Notes: generated from the sequence alone by a model not told the origin. DNA of 64,000 nt from an uncultured bacterium (GCA_902779865.1 CACZDG010000001.1:10149-74148); one strand, 5' to 3'. Positions 1 through 10,749 are shown, counted from the first letter of the stretch. Program-made: numbers and translations.

Positions 1-383
1 AAAACCATCTTCTGAACGTGGACTGCAGCGGTGGCAAGTTGCGCGGCAAGGATCGCTGTGGCATTGTCGATCCATGGGCGCAGGAGGTCTTGATGCGCAA
101 TAAGTCCAACGGATTGGAGACAGATGTCTCGACAGGCGGCAAGGTGAAGGATCACCGGCTCTACTTCGCCGTTGATCAAGATGACGACGGTTTTGTCTCA
201 AAGGAAGAAGGGGCACCTGTCGAAAGAGTGCGTTCAAAGGTGATTGTGTGGTGCGCCGGTGCGGATGGCGGTCTTTCTGACTGCAGTACGGCGGCGAAGA
301 AAACTGATAAATTGAGCGGGCGCACCGTGACGAACCAAGACAACGTCTATAGTTGGGAACGTGCACAGGAGGACAGAAAATGA
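1..383 (+). CDS. 3' end of an upstream prepilin-type (pseudopilin) gene; partial, start lies outside the window
   Basis: C-terminal motifs typical of GspG/H-like pseudopilins (IVDPW..., VIVWCAGADGG, D..YSW). The ORF runs into the window start. Its stop TGA (381-383) overlaps the next ATG (ATGA). Confidence 0.4.
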   Translation, partial: NHLLNVDCSGGKLRGKDRCGIVDPWAQEVLMRNKSNGLETDVSTGGKVKDHRLYFAVDQDDDGFVSKEEGAPVERVRSKVIVWCAGADGGLSDCSTAAKKTDKLSGRTVTNQDNVYSWERAQEDRK

Positions 384-898
384 AAAGGAAAAATGGTTTC
401 ACGATTGTCGAGCTGCTGATGGTCATTACGGTCATCGGCGTCCTGCTGGGAATCGTCACAACCGCCGCAACGGCCTCCATGCGCAGTGCGCGTGAGCGCC
501 GAGCCAGTGTTATGAAGACGATTCTAGAGGGCGGGCTTGCCGTTTACCACCGCCAACACGATGAATGGCCTGGCGTCATAGAGGATTATGCGAAGGAGGG
601 CAAGAATCATGTTCTGAGCTCCGGCGAATACGACAAGGTCGTCCAGGAACTGTTGGAGCAGTCGTCTGGCACGGGAGGCGCAAACCCGGTCTTGGACCCC
701 ACGGGGCTGATGGTTATGAATGCAGGATCTCCGGACGGGAAAACCACCGGGATAGATTACCGTACGGCTCTTACGGAACTCAAAATGAAAGACGTGAAGA
801 GTTTTACAATCGTCTATCCAATATCGGATTCAGGCAAGGCAAAGAGGTTTAAAATCAGTTATGTCGCCGCAAGTGATTCGGTGAGCGTGGGGTTGTAA
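380..898 (+). CDS. prepilin-type N-terminal cleavage/methylation domain protein (minor pseudopilin)
   Basis: MKRKNGFTIVELLMVITVIGVLLGIV gives a class III leader plus a hydrophobic helix. AGGAGG RBS at 367-372. ATGA overlap with the upstream stop. Confidence 0.75.
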   Translation: MKRKNGFTIVELLMVITVIGVLLGIVTTAATASMRSARERRASVMKTILEGGLAVYHRQHDEWPGVIEDYAKEGKNHVLSSGEYDKVVQELLEQSSGTGGANPVLDPTGLMVMNAGSPDGKTTGIDYRTALTELKMKDVKSFTIVYPISDSGKAKRFKISYVAASDSVSVGL

Positions 899-901
899 GG
901 C

Positions 902-1795
902 GTGAAGATGAATGCAAAATTCATAGATGTCCGCAGGTCGGCGTTTACGCTCGTAGAACTACTTGTAGTAGTTGGTTTAATGGCAATGCTGGCGACGGTC
1001 TCCATTGCCGGATACAGCGCCGTAAACCGCGGCATGGCGGATAGGGGGGCGTTGCAGTCCGCAGTATCTACGTTGCGCGTCGCGCAGCAGACCTGCCTTA
1101 TAGACCGAGTGCCCACGAAGGTGCTGTTCTTCAACCAGAAAATCGTCAAGGGATCCGCCACGGCTTTTCAGGGCACTGCAATTGCCATCAAGCAGGCCGG
1201 GCGCATAACCATGGATCCGCAAAGTGCATTCGGCATGCTTGTGGACGAGTTTGCGGATTGGGATAAGTCTTATCCGGTGAAAAGGAAAAATGCAGGTGGC
1301 GGTGGAGGAAACAGGGTGGGGATGAGATTTTTCAGCATGAGAAAAAGCGACGAGTCGAAAGGTTTTGACAAATGCAGTACTTTAGTGAACCCTTACGTGA
1401 CGCAGGTGAATGCCTTGGACGACTGCATGATCCAGCGGGGAATGAAAATCGAGGAATGGTGCAAGGAATATGCTCCAAACAACAACGTTATGTATGGGTT
1501 TGAGGCGGTTTCAGGTTCTGTGGGGGATTGGAAGGCCGGCGACCCATACGGCATTGAGATCGCCCGTATCGACTTGCCCAAGGGCTACATCTTCGGCAAC
1601 GATGCGCCTAAAGGCGACAAGCTGGATTCCGCGTCCATTGCCGCAGTCACGTTCGACCCGGAGGACGGCGAACCATCGATGTCCGGGAACGTGCCGATCA
1701 GCCTTATGCGGCCAGCGACTGGTGGCAGCGGCGGTTTCACGGCAAGACTGGTGGGAACGATTTCGGCGGATATGCTTAAGGACACGTTCAAATGA
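902..1795 (+). CDS. prepilin-type N-terminal domain protein (pseudopilin-like)
   Basis: N-terminus ...RRSAFTLVELLVVVGLMAMLATVSIAGY. Starts 4 nt after the previous stop. GTG at 902 or ATG at 908. Confidence 0.7.
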   Translation: MKMNAKFIDVRRSAFTLVELLVVVGLMAMLATVSIAGYSAVNRGMADRGALQSAVSTLRVAQQTCLIDRVPTKVLFFNQKIVKGSATAFQGTAIAIKQAGRITMDPQSAFGMLVDEFADWDKSYPVKRKNAGGGGGNRVGMRFFSMRKSDESKGFDKCSTLVNPYVTQVNALDDCMIQRGMKIEEWCKEYAPNNNVMYGFEAVSGSVGDWKAGDPYGIEIARIDLPKGYIFGNDAPKGDKLDSASIAAVTFDPEDGEPSMSGNVPISLMRPATGGSGGFTARLVGTISADMLKDTFK

Positions 1796-2424
1796 GACAG
1801 AGCATGAAAATGATCTTCAGACATCTTGCCGGATCCCGCGCGGCCTTTACGCTGATGGAGGTCAACCTTGCCATACTTATCATGGCTGTTGGCGTTTTGA
1901 CCATGACGTCTCTCTATCCGCTTGGATTCCGTGAAAGCGAGGCAGCTCACGAAGACGTGCGAGCCGCAGTTGTGGCCGAAGAGGTGCTTGGTAAGCTTTC
2001 CGCCGCGCTTTCATCCCGTAACATCACGTGGGAAAAGTGGAGGGCTGCCGCGGAAAATGCAGTCGGCAAGTCCAACAACGGCGGGATAGGAAATGCGTGG
2101 ATGTCGTATTTCACGCAGAGGGGGGAAAGCTTTACGGTTGAAAGCGTCGGTTCCGTAAACGGTCACGCCAAGGCCGTGTTCGATGCCATTGCGGAGGCGT
2201 GCAGCGATGCGACGGAGGTTCCGTCATGGACGCCTGACAGTAAGTACGCGCAGGGGCTTGTGGTGCAGTGGGGAAAGCGGATTGTCAATGGGACGGCGCA
2301 GAATGACTTCTCCCGCGTTTCGATCAGCTTCAGGATGTCGCGTCGCCCAGGTGCGCTTATGAGTGCGCCGATGTACTACACTGAAGTTCATTTCCAGGGA
2401 GACCAAAAGGAGAAGGTGCAATGA
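1792..2424 (+). CDS. prepilin-type N-terminal domain protein (pseudopilin-like)
   Basis: AAFTLMEVNLAILIMAVGVLTM N-terminal helix. ATGA start/stop overlap with the previous gene. Confidence 0.6.
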   Translation: MRQSMKMIFRHLAGSRAAFTLMEVNLAILIMAVGVLTMTSLYPLGFRESEAAHEDVRAAVVAEEVLGKLSAALSSRNITWEKWRAAAENAVGKSNNGGIGNAWMSYFTQRGESFTVESVGSVNGHAKAVFDAIAEACSDATEVPSWTPDSKYAQGLVVQWGKRIVNGTAQNDFSRVSISFRMSRRPGALMSAPMYYTEVHFQGDQKEKVQ

Positions 2425-2951
2425 CAATGCGGTCTTCAAGTTCTGGCTTCACTTTGCTAGAGGTGCTAGTGGCGTCCATCCTGCTTGGGATGCTCGTCAC
2501 CATACTCACGATGGTGTTCAACTCGTCGTCCATCGCCTGGCGTACCGGCAAGGCGAGCGTGGCGGAAATGGGCGACGTGCGTAAGAGCACGTCCGGCGCG
2601 GGATTGGCCGCCGACAACGCAATTCCGCGCGTCGATGCCCAGAACCCGCAGGAGTGGGGATGCATCGTAAGTCCGTGGAAGACAGACGGCTCTGGGTTGC
2701 GCAAGCGCGGCGTCGAAAAGATGTCTTCCAGCAAAATCGTAGGCGATGTCTGGTCTTCGCTTACGCTGGATTCCAATGTCAAGAGCGGCAAATGGAAGCA
2801 ATCGGACAAATTAAAACCTTGGGCGGAACTTGCCCCGGGGCGCATTGGAATTGGCCGCAATGTGTCGTCATATGCGGTTGGAGTGATGTCGCAGGGCCCC
2901 GACGCCATTAAAACTACTGACGACATCAGCACTTGGCCGGATACGAAGTGA
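2421..2951 (+). CDS. prepilin-type N-terminal domain protein (GspJ/I-like minor pseudopilin)
   Basis: SGFTLLEVLVASILLGMLVTILTMVF. ATGA overlap with the upstream gene. Confidence 0.65.
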   Translation: MTMRSSSSGFTLLEVLVASILLGMLVTILTMVFNSSSIAWRTGKASVAEMGDVRKSTSGAGLAADNAIPRVDAQNPQEWGCIVSPWKTDGSGLRKRGVEKMSSSKIVGDVWSSLTLDSNVKSGKWKQSDKLKPWAELAPGRIGIGRNVSSYAVGVMSQGPDAIKTTDDISTWPDTK

Positions 2952-2965
2952 GGAGGAGAGCACCG

Positions 2966-3457
2966 ATGGCAGACAGATTGAAACGCGGCTTTACCCTCAT
3001 TGAGCTGATCACGGTGATCGGCATGCTCCTCGTGCTGATCGGCGCGATTTCCTCGTCCGTATCCGCCGCACAGAGACGCGCGAAGATACAGCAGGCGATC
3101 ACCGAGGCGCAAGAGATGACGAATGCGATTCTAGCATACGAGAACTACGGCAAAATCGGCGATGACTCCCCGCTGGAGGCGAAGGTGACCGGCGATACCT
3201 GGAAAGACGCTACGGAAGGCGACCTCGCGTTCATCCTTGGCAAGGAATCCATGCCCAACGGGCAGCAGGGCAACGTGCCCGTCCTATTCAACGCCGCGAT
3301 ATACGACGGGAAGATTCTCGATCCTTGGGGACGCCCCTACAAGTTCAGGATTATTTCCGGCAAAGTTGCGCATGAAAACAAAACGGGGAACAACGACGCT
3401 AAAGCGGCGTTCGCAATCCCGAACATCAACCGCATTCCGGCGGACGAGGAGAATTGA
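2966..3457 (+). CDS. GspG-like major pseudopilin (type II secretion / type IV pilin-like)
   Basis: KRGFTLIELITVIGMLLVLIGAISSSVSAAQRRAKIQQA and C-terminal DPWGRPYKF, both GspG-like. AGGAGG RBS at 2951-2956, 10 nt before ATG 2966. The track ORF starts earlier at TTG 2933. Confidence 0.7.
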   Translation: MADRLKRGFTLIELITVIGMLLVLIGAISSSVSAAQRRAKIQQAITEAQEMTNAILAYENYGKIGDDSPLEAKVTGDTWKDATEGDLAFILGKESMPNGQQGNVPVLFNAAIYDGKILDPWGRPYKFRIISGKVAHENKTGNNDAKAAFAIPNINRIPADEEN

Positions 3458-6400
3458 TGAAACGGCATTCTGAAAAAGGCAGCGCCCTGCTGATCGTCCT
3501 TGGATTCCTGTCGTTCATGGTGGTGAGCGCGGTTGCGTTCGCGGTGTGGATGCGCACGGAGCGTTTGCCGTCCAGCGCCCTCCGTCGCAATGTGGCAAAC
3601 CGCTACCTGGTGAAGGCCGCGCTTGCGCAGGCGATGAGCCGGGTTGACGACGCCGTTCGCTCGCACGTGTTTCCCGGGGCTTGGAACACGGGGGACCAGT
3701 CGGCAGTTTACCGAGACACGAATGGCAGTTCATACGATTGGTGGGAGGGCGGCGTGTTCATGCCTCCGGATCCCGAGGGGCTTCAGTCCAGTACGGATTC
3801 GAAGTCGCGTTACGCACCTGCTTCAAAGACCGTCTCCGTGCTTAACATGGAGGCGCTCGGCTACCTTCCACCCGCGATAGCCAACGACGTTCGCCTGCTC
3901 CACCGTTCGTCCTGGGCAGCGGCATGGGATTATTTCAATTTCGACGCCGGTCGCTATGCCTTTTGCGCCGTGAACGTCTCGGACATGCTTGACGTCAACA
4001 AGGTGGCAGCCGATGCGCCGCGCACGTCCGCCGCCGTCACCCGCCCTGAGAATCCAGGCGAGAAGCCGCCGCCGTCGCGTTTTTCTTTCGCATACCTTTT
4101 CCGCGATGGAGACAACTTCTCGTCGTTGAACAATGGTGCGAAACAGTTCGACAAATCCGTTCATGAAAATCGCGAGGAGTGGAAGGAGGCTCCGCTTGTC
4201 TCGCTCATGGACTACAATCTTTCAATAGGCCCGAATGCGGTTGGCGATTCACTCTGGTCTCCCTTTTACTATCTTGCACACGGCGACAACAAGAAGGGAC
4301 TGTTTTACCGATACCAAAGCCGTGATGACGGTTACGTCCAGAGTGCTGCGCGTCAGCCGTTCGTGACGGACTCCTGGTTCCCTAGCAACGATCTAGTAAG
4401 ATGTGGCAAAGCCATTGACACGCCGTTGGACATCTCGCAGGAAGATAACTGGCCATTTCCGAGTGCGTTGATGCAGAACGAGAAAGCGAACCTTGACAAC
4501 GTTTTCTTGGATAGCAATGAAGATTTGTTCTGGAAACCGATTATTGAAGAGCGCCATGCCTTGTGCGCTTTGGATCGCTTTTCACTGTTTGACTACCTTG
4601 ACGAAAACGACGTACCCCTTTCGCTTGCCATCCCGTGCGTGGAACGTGTGCCCATGTTGACAGCCCTCGCACCTTTGCCTTTGGGCGGCAATTTGACGGT
4701 GGAGTTCGACAGCAGTCAGCCACCTGAAGATGAGCCAGATCCCAATGACAGTGCGAATTTCAAGAGGAAGGTTACCAAGATCAACATCAAGATTACGCTG
4801 GGAGGCATGGGGATGCGTTCCACGGTCGTCTATCCCTTCAGCGGCGGCGATACCCCCGGTGCATTTACGACGGAGGCGTTTGCCCGCCTAGTCTTCGTGG
4901 GTACGGAGTCAGAGTCCGAGCCGACCGTATTCTTGCGGAACAACGGTCTTGCGAAGGCTTGTCGCCCCACTAGGGAAGATTGGAATAATGATGATAAAGG
5001 CACGCCGTTCTCATTGGACGGCAAGAATCAGAATGCACTCTTCATTACATTGCCGTCGGAGACGCCGCAAAGCTGGACTCCCCCTCGGTACATGGCGAGT
5101 GAGCAAAACTGCTGGCACGACCAGGTTCTGACTTTCAAGGACGTGGGGGCGCAGCTTCCCAAAGAGGGCGTGACAATTATCCGTAAAATTCAATACTACA
5201 AGATCACGAAGGATTCGCAGGGGAATATCACCGGTGAGGATATAGATCCAGCGCGAAAAGAGCCATTCTACGAGATTGTCCTTCGCCCATTTGGGGAGAA
5301 TGGGGAATTGCTTTCCATTCCAGAGGGCGAGATGGAAAAGGCGAAATTTGATGAGATCTCCAACAAGTATAAAATCTACCCGTACCTCGTGGCCTGGGCG
5401 CGCGTGAAGAACGACAAGGGCGATACCGTCGATCTGGTGCCCGCCACATTTGAAGACGACCAGACATACAATAAAATCAACAATCAGGTGTTCGCCGACA
5501 ATGCCGGTGACACGGGCCGGGTGCTTGGACACAATGCACAGACAGACCGTAGCGACTCCATGCCCATCATGCGTTTTCCGGGTGAAAAGCCCTTTACTTA
5601 CAACGATGCGCAGACGGGGAGTCCTCTTGCAGGCAATACGTGGCGCGTCAAATCGTGTTATGCTGTTGATCCGCGCTTCAACTGGGCACCGGAGAACTGG
5701 TGGTTCGACTCGTCCGACGATACCCCCACGGGGCAAGAATGGTGCGATGCTGTTTTTGGCAAAAACATGAACGTGTCTGACCAAGACTCCATTCTCAACA
5801 AGTTGGTGAAATATGAGTTCGGCGACGGTTATGAGCGTGGTGATCGCGCAACCGATCCGTTCTTGTTCGTGTCGAATCTAGGCTATCTCCAGTCCGTAGG
5901 TGAGCTGGCGTTTCTGCCTCATCTTTCCAACATGTCGGAAGGCAGCATTCCAAAGACCGTTTTAGGTGATCCCAATGGCAGTAGTGCCACTCTTGGTTCT
6001 CTTTACAATGGCAAGGAACGTGTAATTAAAAATGAAGTCAATCCTGACAGAGCTCAGATGGAAAGCCTAATTATGGATAGCCCGTGCGCACTTTCCGCGT
6101 GGAAGTCCTACCGGAACTACCGGACGAATCCCAACGGCTTCGAGTTTGGTGCAAACCTCTACCGCCGTGGTTTCGTCAACGGGGAACTTGGCTTCTACGT
6201 GAACCCGTACACGCGGAACAACGAGGTGATGCTCGCCGCTTTGGCGAATCCGCCGCTTAACTACTGGGCAGCTGGTGAAAACTATGATTGGAAGACAAAA
6301 AAATTAAGAGAGACTAAGCTTGCATTCAGCGACAACAACGAACTTATGTTCGGCGCTGGCGGTACACCTGCGTTGAATGCAGATGACCTTAACAAAGTCG

Positions 6401-7092
6401 CCACGTTCCTGCGCCACCGCTTTGAGGATTTGTCCAGAATGATAAAGATTCCCGAAGGCAATATCAACGCGAAAACGCTATACGTATATCAAAAGGCATG
6501 GGAGGACATGTTTGACGCACTCGACTGGGGTGGCAGGTTTAACAAGAATGTTGGGGAGGTTTACCAAGATCTTGCGGATTATTACAATTCAGACAGCAAT
6601 GGCAACCTCGGCAACTACAGTGACTGGTATAAAAAGCGTAACGCTTATTCTGGCCTCAATTGCCATGTGCGTGGGAAGGAGAATGATTCTTTCAATGTGA
6701 AAGTCAATTTTGATCCTGACAAGGCCGCCTACGCGAGTGAAAACGCTGATCCGTTCTTCGGTACGACGCTCGAAGACAAGTTGCACGACGTTGACCGTAT
6801 GTTCCTCCACAGCTACTGGCGCGACTGCTTTGCGAACAGGCAGCAGCTTTTCCTCATCTTCGTGCGTGCGGAGGCGACGGCCCTCGGCGCCGCAGGCGAG
6901 GGAACTCCGCCGCAGCAGGGTGGACGCGCTGTGGCGCTTGTCTGGCGAGACCCCTTGCCGACCTTTAACAATTCCAGTCCTACCGAATTCCCATCTCTGG
7001 CGGGCGATGTCTATGAGCAAGATAATCAAACATATCGGGAAGATCGCCGCCCGCACAAGATGCGCATTCTCTTTTACAGGCAATTTGACTAA
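3457..7092 (+). CDS. giant GspK-like pseudopilin-family protein (1211 aa)
   Basis: N-terminus KGSALLIVLGFLSFMVVSAVAFAVWMRTERL matches the GspK signature (GxALxxVL then a TM helix). Stop/start overlap TGATG with the GspG-like gene. The remainder is a large non-repetitive extracellular region. Confidence 0.6.
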   Translation: MKRHSEKGSALLIVLGFLSFMVVSAVAFAVWMRTERLPSSALRRNVANRYLVKAALAQAMSRVDDAVRSHVFPGAWNTGDQSAVYRDTNGSSYDWWEGGVFMPPDPEGLQSSTDSKSRYAPASKTVSVLNMEALGYLPPAIANDVRLLHRSSWAAAWDYFNFDAGRYAFCAVNVSDMLDVNKVAADAPRTSAAVTRPENPGEKPPPSRFSFAYLFRDGDNFSSLNNGAKQFDKSVHENREEWKEAPLVSLMDYNLSIGPNAVGDSLWSPFYYLAHGDNKKGLFYRYQSRDDGYVQSAARQPFVTDSWFPSNDLVRCGKAIDTPLDISQEDNWPFPSALMQNEKANLDNVFLDSNEDLFWKPIIEERHALCALDRFSLFDYLDENDVPLSLAIPCVERVPMLTALAPLPLGGNLTVEFDSSQPPEDEPDPNDSANFKRKVTKINIKITLGGMGMRSTVVYPFSGGDTPGAFTTEAFARLVFVGTESESEPTVFLRNNGLAKACRPTREDWNNDDKGTPFSLDGKNQNALFITLPSETPQSWTPPRYMASEQNCWHDQVLTFKDVGAQLPKEGVTIIRKIQYYKITKDSQGNITGEDIDPARKEPFYEIVLRPFGENGELLSIPEGEMEKAKFDEISNKYKIYPYLVAWARVKNDKGDTVDLVPATFEDDQTYNKINNQVFADNAGDTGRVLGHNAQTDRSDSMPIMRFPGEKPFTYNDAQTGSPLAGNTWRVKSCYAVDPRFNWAPENWWFDSSDDTPTGQEWCDAVFGKNMNVSDQDSILNKLVKYEFGDGYERGDRATDPFLFVSNLGYLQSVGELAFLPHLSNMSEGSIPKTVLGDPNGSSATLGSLYNGKERVIKNEVNPDRAQMESLIMDSPCALSAWKSYRNYRTNPNGFEFGANLYRRGFVNGELGFYVNPYTRNNEVMLAALANPPLNYWAAGENYDWKTKKLRETKLAFSDNNELMFGAGGTPALNADDLNKVATFLRHRFEDLSRMIKIPEGNINAKTLYVYQKAWEDMFDALDWGGRFNKNVGEVYQDLADYYNSDSNGNLGNYSDWYKKRNAYSGLNCHVRGKENDSFNVKVNFDPDKAAYASENADPFFGTTLEDKLHDVDRMFLHSYWRDCFANRQQLFLIFVRAEATALGAAGEGTPPQQGGRAVALVWRDPLPTFNNSSPTEFPSLAGDVYEQDNQTYREDRRPHKMRILFYRQFD

Positions 7093-7094
7093 CC

Positions 7095-7604
7095 ATGAAA
7101 CTTAACGAAGAGCACTTGAAAGCCGTCGCCGCCTGGTTTGCTGGCGGGGCGTCGCTTGACGAAATCCAGAAGCGCCTGACCTCGGAGTTTGGCGTGCATG
7201 TGACGTATTTTGATTTGCGCATGATCGTGGCAGATCTGCCGCAGCCGGAGCCGGAAGAATCAGAGACCGCTGCCGAATCTGGCGAGCCTAGCAGTTCTAG
7301 CGAGGCTAGTGATTCTAGCGAGATTGCTGATTCTGGTGAGGCTAGTGAATCTAGCGAGGCTAGTGAGGGTGGGCCTCAGGCAGCCAATGTGTCAGTCACC
7401 GTTGACGCCATCATGATTCCTGGCACTATGGCATCTGGCGATGTGGTGTTCAGCGACGGCGTGAAGGGCAAGTGGTATCTTGACCAGATGGGCCGCCTTG
7501 GGCTTGGCGGCGACCTGCCGCAGGGCTATCGTCCGGCACCGGAGGATGCGGCCCTCTTCCAGGCGCGGCTCATGGAGGCGCTGCGCAGCAAGGGACTTTG
7601 TTGA
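7095..7604 (+). CDS. hypothetical protein with acidic Ser/Glu-rich low-complexity linker
   Basis: ORF begins 3 nt after the GspK-like stop. Its centre is encoded by about four imperfect 18-bp repeats (tctagcgaggctagtgaN, ~7296-7367) giving (SSEASD)n. No recognisable domain. Confidence 0.5.
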   Translation: MKLNEEHLKAVAAWFAGGASLDEIQKRLTSEFGVHVTYFDLRMIVADLPQPEPEESETAAESGEPSSSSEASDSSEIADSGEASESSEASEGGPQAANVSVTVDAIMIPGTMASGDVVFSDGVKGKWYLDQMGRLGLGGDLPQGYRPAPEDAALFQARLMEALRSKGLC

Positions 7605-7618
7605 AAGCGAGGCAAAAG

Positions 7619-8584
<966 letters not shown>

Positions 8585-8617
8585 CGGCGTAAGGCCGCCC
8601 CATGCTACACGGCCGTG

Positions 8618-9382
8618 ATGTTGCGTTCTGATACGAAAGAGCTGTTGAGGCGATATGCCTGCAAGTACGAGCGGACGTTCCCCAGTCCAGATCCTTCTGA
8701 AGTGATGCTTGCGGCGAAGGGCGACGCAAACCGCGAGGCGACGGCTTTCGTGGCGTCGTGCCTTAGTTTCGGCTCGATAAAGCAGTTCATGCCGAAAATC
8801 GAATCCCTGGTCGCTTTTGCAAAAGGCGATATGGATGACTGGATTCGTTCCGGCGCGTTTGCGCGAGAGATCCCGGATGACGAGAAACGGACGTTCTACC
8901 GTTTCATCACTTACGCGAACCTCCGAGCGTTCCTGTGTACGTACCGGCAGGTCATGCAATCTTACGGAACGCTGGGAGGGTACGTTAAGACGCACGGCGA
9001 CGGCACCGGCTTGGGTGCGGTGAAAGCGATATGCGTTGCATTCAAAGGTTCGGGCGCACGTTATCTCGTGCCAGAAAGCGCCACGTCCGCCTGCAAGCGG
9101 CTGTGCATGTTTTTGCGGTGGATGGTGCGGCGCGGGGCTGCAGTGGATGTTGGGTTGTGGGCGGATTTCATCGCCTGCGACACGCTAATCATGCCGCTAG
9201 ATGCGCATGTTGTGGCCGAGGCAAGGAAGCTTGGCCTGCTTGCGAATGAAGCGGCTTCGATGGCGACAGCCCGCAAGCTGACGGCGGTCATGTCCGAGGT
9301 GTTTCCCGGCGATCCTCTGCGCGGCGATTTCGCACTCTTCGGCCATGGCCGCGAGACGTCAACCCCGGAATGCATTGCATAA
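8618..9382 (+). CDS. TIGR02757/DUF2400-like family protein
   Basis: ~255 aa with the conserved ...ASCLSFGSIKQF... region, reminiscent of the TIGR02757 family. Assignment from memory, not verified. Confidence 0.4.
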   Translation: MLRSDTKELLRRYACKYERTFPSPDPSEVMLAAKGDANREATAFVASCLSFGSIKQFMPKIESLVAFAKGDMDDWIRSGAFAREIPDDEKRTFYRFITYANLRAFLCTYRQVMQSYGTLGGYVKTHGDGTGLGAVKAICVAFKGSGARYLVPESATSACKRLCMFLRWMVRRGAAVDVGLWADFIACDTLIMPLDAHVVAEARKLGLLANEAASMATARKLTAVMSEVFPGDPLRGDFALFGHGRETSTPECIA

Positions 9383-9468
9383 GGGATTTTTTCCAATATA
9401 CATTGCGTCTGTATTGTGCTATACTATGCCTGTTTCCCGTAATCGCGGGAAGATGAAGGAGAAAAAAG

Positions 9469-10578
9469 ATGGATATCAAATTTGGCAGCGTTGCCGAGAA
9501 AATCGTGACGCGGAAGGAGTTTCCGCTCAAGAAGGCGCAGAAGGTCCTCAAGGGCAAGACGATTGCGGTGCTTGGATACGGCATCCAGGGTCCTGGCCAG
9601 GCGCTCAACATGCGCGACAACGGCATCAACGTGATTGTTGGCCAGCGCAAATCGACCAAGGCCAATTCAAGCTGGAAGCGCGCGATCAAGGACGGCTGGG
9701 TGCCGGGCAAGACGCTGTTCTCCATTGAAGAGGCCGCCGCGAAGGGCGACGTGATCATGATGCTCACGTCCGACGCTTCGCAGCCCGTCATCTGGAAGGC
9801 GATTGAGAAGTACGTAACGCCCGGCAAGGCACTCTACTTCTCTCACGGTTTCGGCTACGTTTACAACAAGCTCACGGGCATCAAGCCGCAGAAGGGTGTC
9901 ATGCTCGTCATGGTGGCCCCGAAGGGCTCGGGCACGTCCGTGCGCCGCAACTTCCTCTCCGGCGCGGGCATCAACAGCTCCTACGCCTACGAGCCGAACG
10001 GCGCGGACGAGGCGAAGACGCGCGAGCTCACGATTGCGATCGGCATTGCTGTCGGTTCCGGTTACCTCTTCCCCACCACGTTCGAGCGCGAGGTCACGAG
10101 CGACCTCGTGGGCGAGCGCGGCATCCTCATGGGCGCTCTCTGTGGCGTGATGGAGGCTCAGTTCTACACCCTCCGCGCTAACGGCCACAGCCCGAGCGAG
10201 GCGTTCAACGAGACGTGCGAGGAGCTCACGCAGTCGCTCATTCGTCTTGTGGACGAGAATGGAATGGACTGGATGTACTCCAACTGCTCTCAGACGGCCC
10301 AGCACGGTGCGCTCAAGTGGCGTCCGATCTTCCGCAAGGCCGTCGAGCCCGTCTTCAAGAAGCTCTACGCGAGCGTGAAGACGATGAAGGAGGCGAAGGA
10401 AGTGATCCGCGATACTGGCCGTCCCGACTACAAGGAGTTCATGGCCGCCAAGTTGCAGGAAATGCACGATGGCGAGATGTGGCAGGCAGGCGCTGCTGTG
10501 CGCTCGCTCCGTCCGCACGAGAAGGCCAAGGCCAACGCGGCGACCGCCGCCGGCGTCCGCGGCCGCAAGATCGTGTAA
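9469..10578 (+). CDS. ilvC: ketol-acid reductoisomerase (class I KARI)
   Basis: GKTIAVLGYGIQGPGQALNMRDNGINVIVG Rossmann motif. Full-length KARI-like sequence. AAGGAG RBS upstream. Confidence 0.9.
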   Translation: MDIKFGSVAEKIVTRKEFPLKKAQKVLKGKTIAVLGYGIQGPGQALNMRDNGINVIVGQRKSTKANSSWKRAIKDGWVPGKTLFSIEEAAAKGDVIMMLTSDASQPVIWKAIEKYVTPGKALYFSHGFGYVYNKLTGIKPQKGVMLVMVAPKGSGTSVRRNFLSGAGINSSYAYEPNGADEAKTRELTIAIGIAVGSGYLFPTTFEREVTSDLVGERGILMGALCGVMEAQFYTLRANGHSPSEAFNETCEELTQSLIRLVDENGMDWMYSNCSQTAQHGALKWRPIFRKAVEPVFKKLYASVKTMKEAKEVIRDTGRPDYKEFMAAKLQEMHDGEMWQAGAAVRSLRPHEKAKANAATAAGVRGRKIV

Positions 10579-10623
10579 TCATTCCTGCGCAGCGTGGGGC
10601 GATTCAGCCCTCTGCAAACGACA

Positions 10624-10658
10624 AGGGAGAAGAGTCACCTCTTCTCCCTTTCGTTTTG
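10624..10658. terminator. rho-independent terminator hairpin, potentially bidirectional
   Basis: Perfect inverted repeat agggagaagag-tcacc-tcttctccct followed by ttcgttttg. Lies between ilvC (+) and tRNA-Val (-). Confidence 0.5.
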
Positions 10659-10661
10659 TCT

Positions 10662-10738
10662 TGGTGGGCGGTGAGGGATTCGGACCCCCGACCTAATGCG
10701 TGTAAAGCACTCGCTCTAACCAACTGAGCTAACCGCCC
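10662..10738 (-). tRNA. tRNA-Val (anticodon TAC), CCA encoded
   Basis: Reverse complement GGGCGGTTAGCTCAGTTGGTTAGAGCGAGTGCTTTACACGCATTAGGTCGGGGGTCCGAATCCCTCACCGCCCACCA folds as a cloverleaf. Anticodon loop TTTACAC. Confidence 0.9.
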
Positions 10739-10749
10739 GGAAAAATAGA

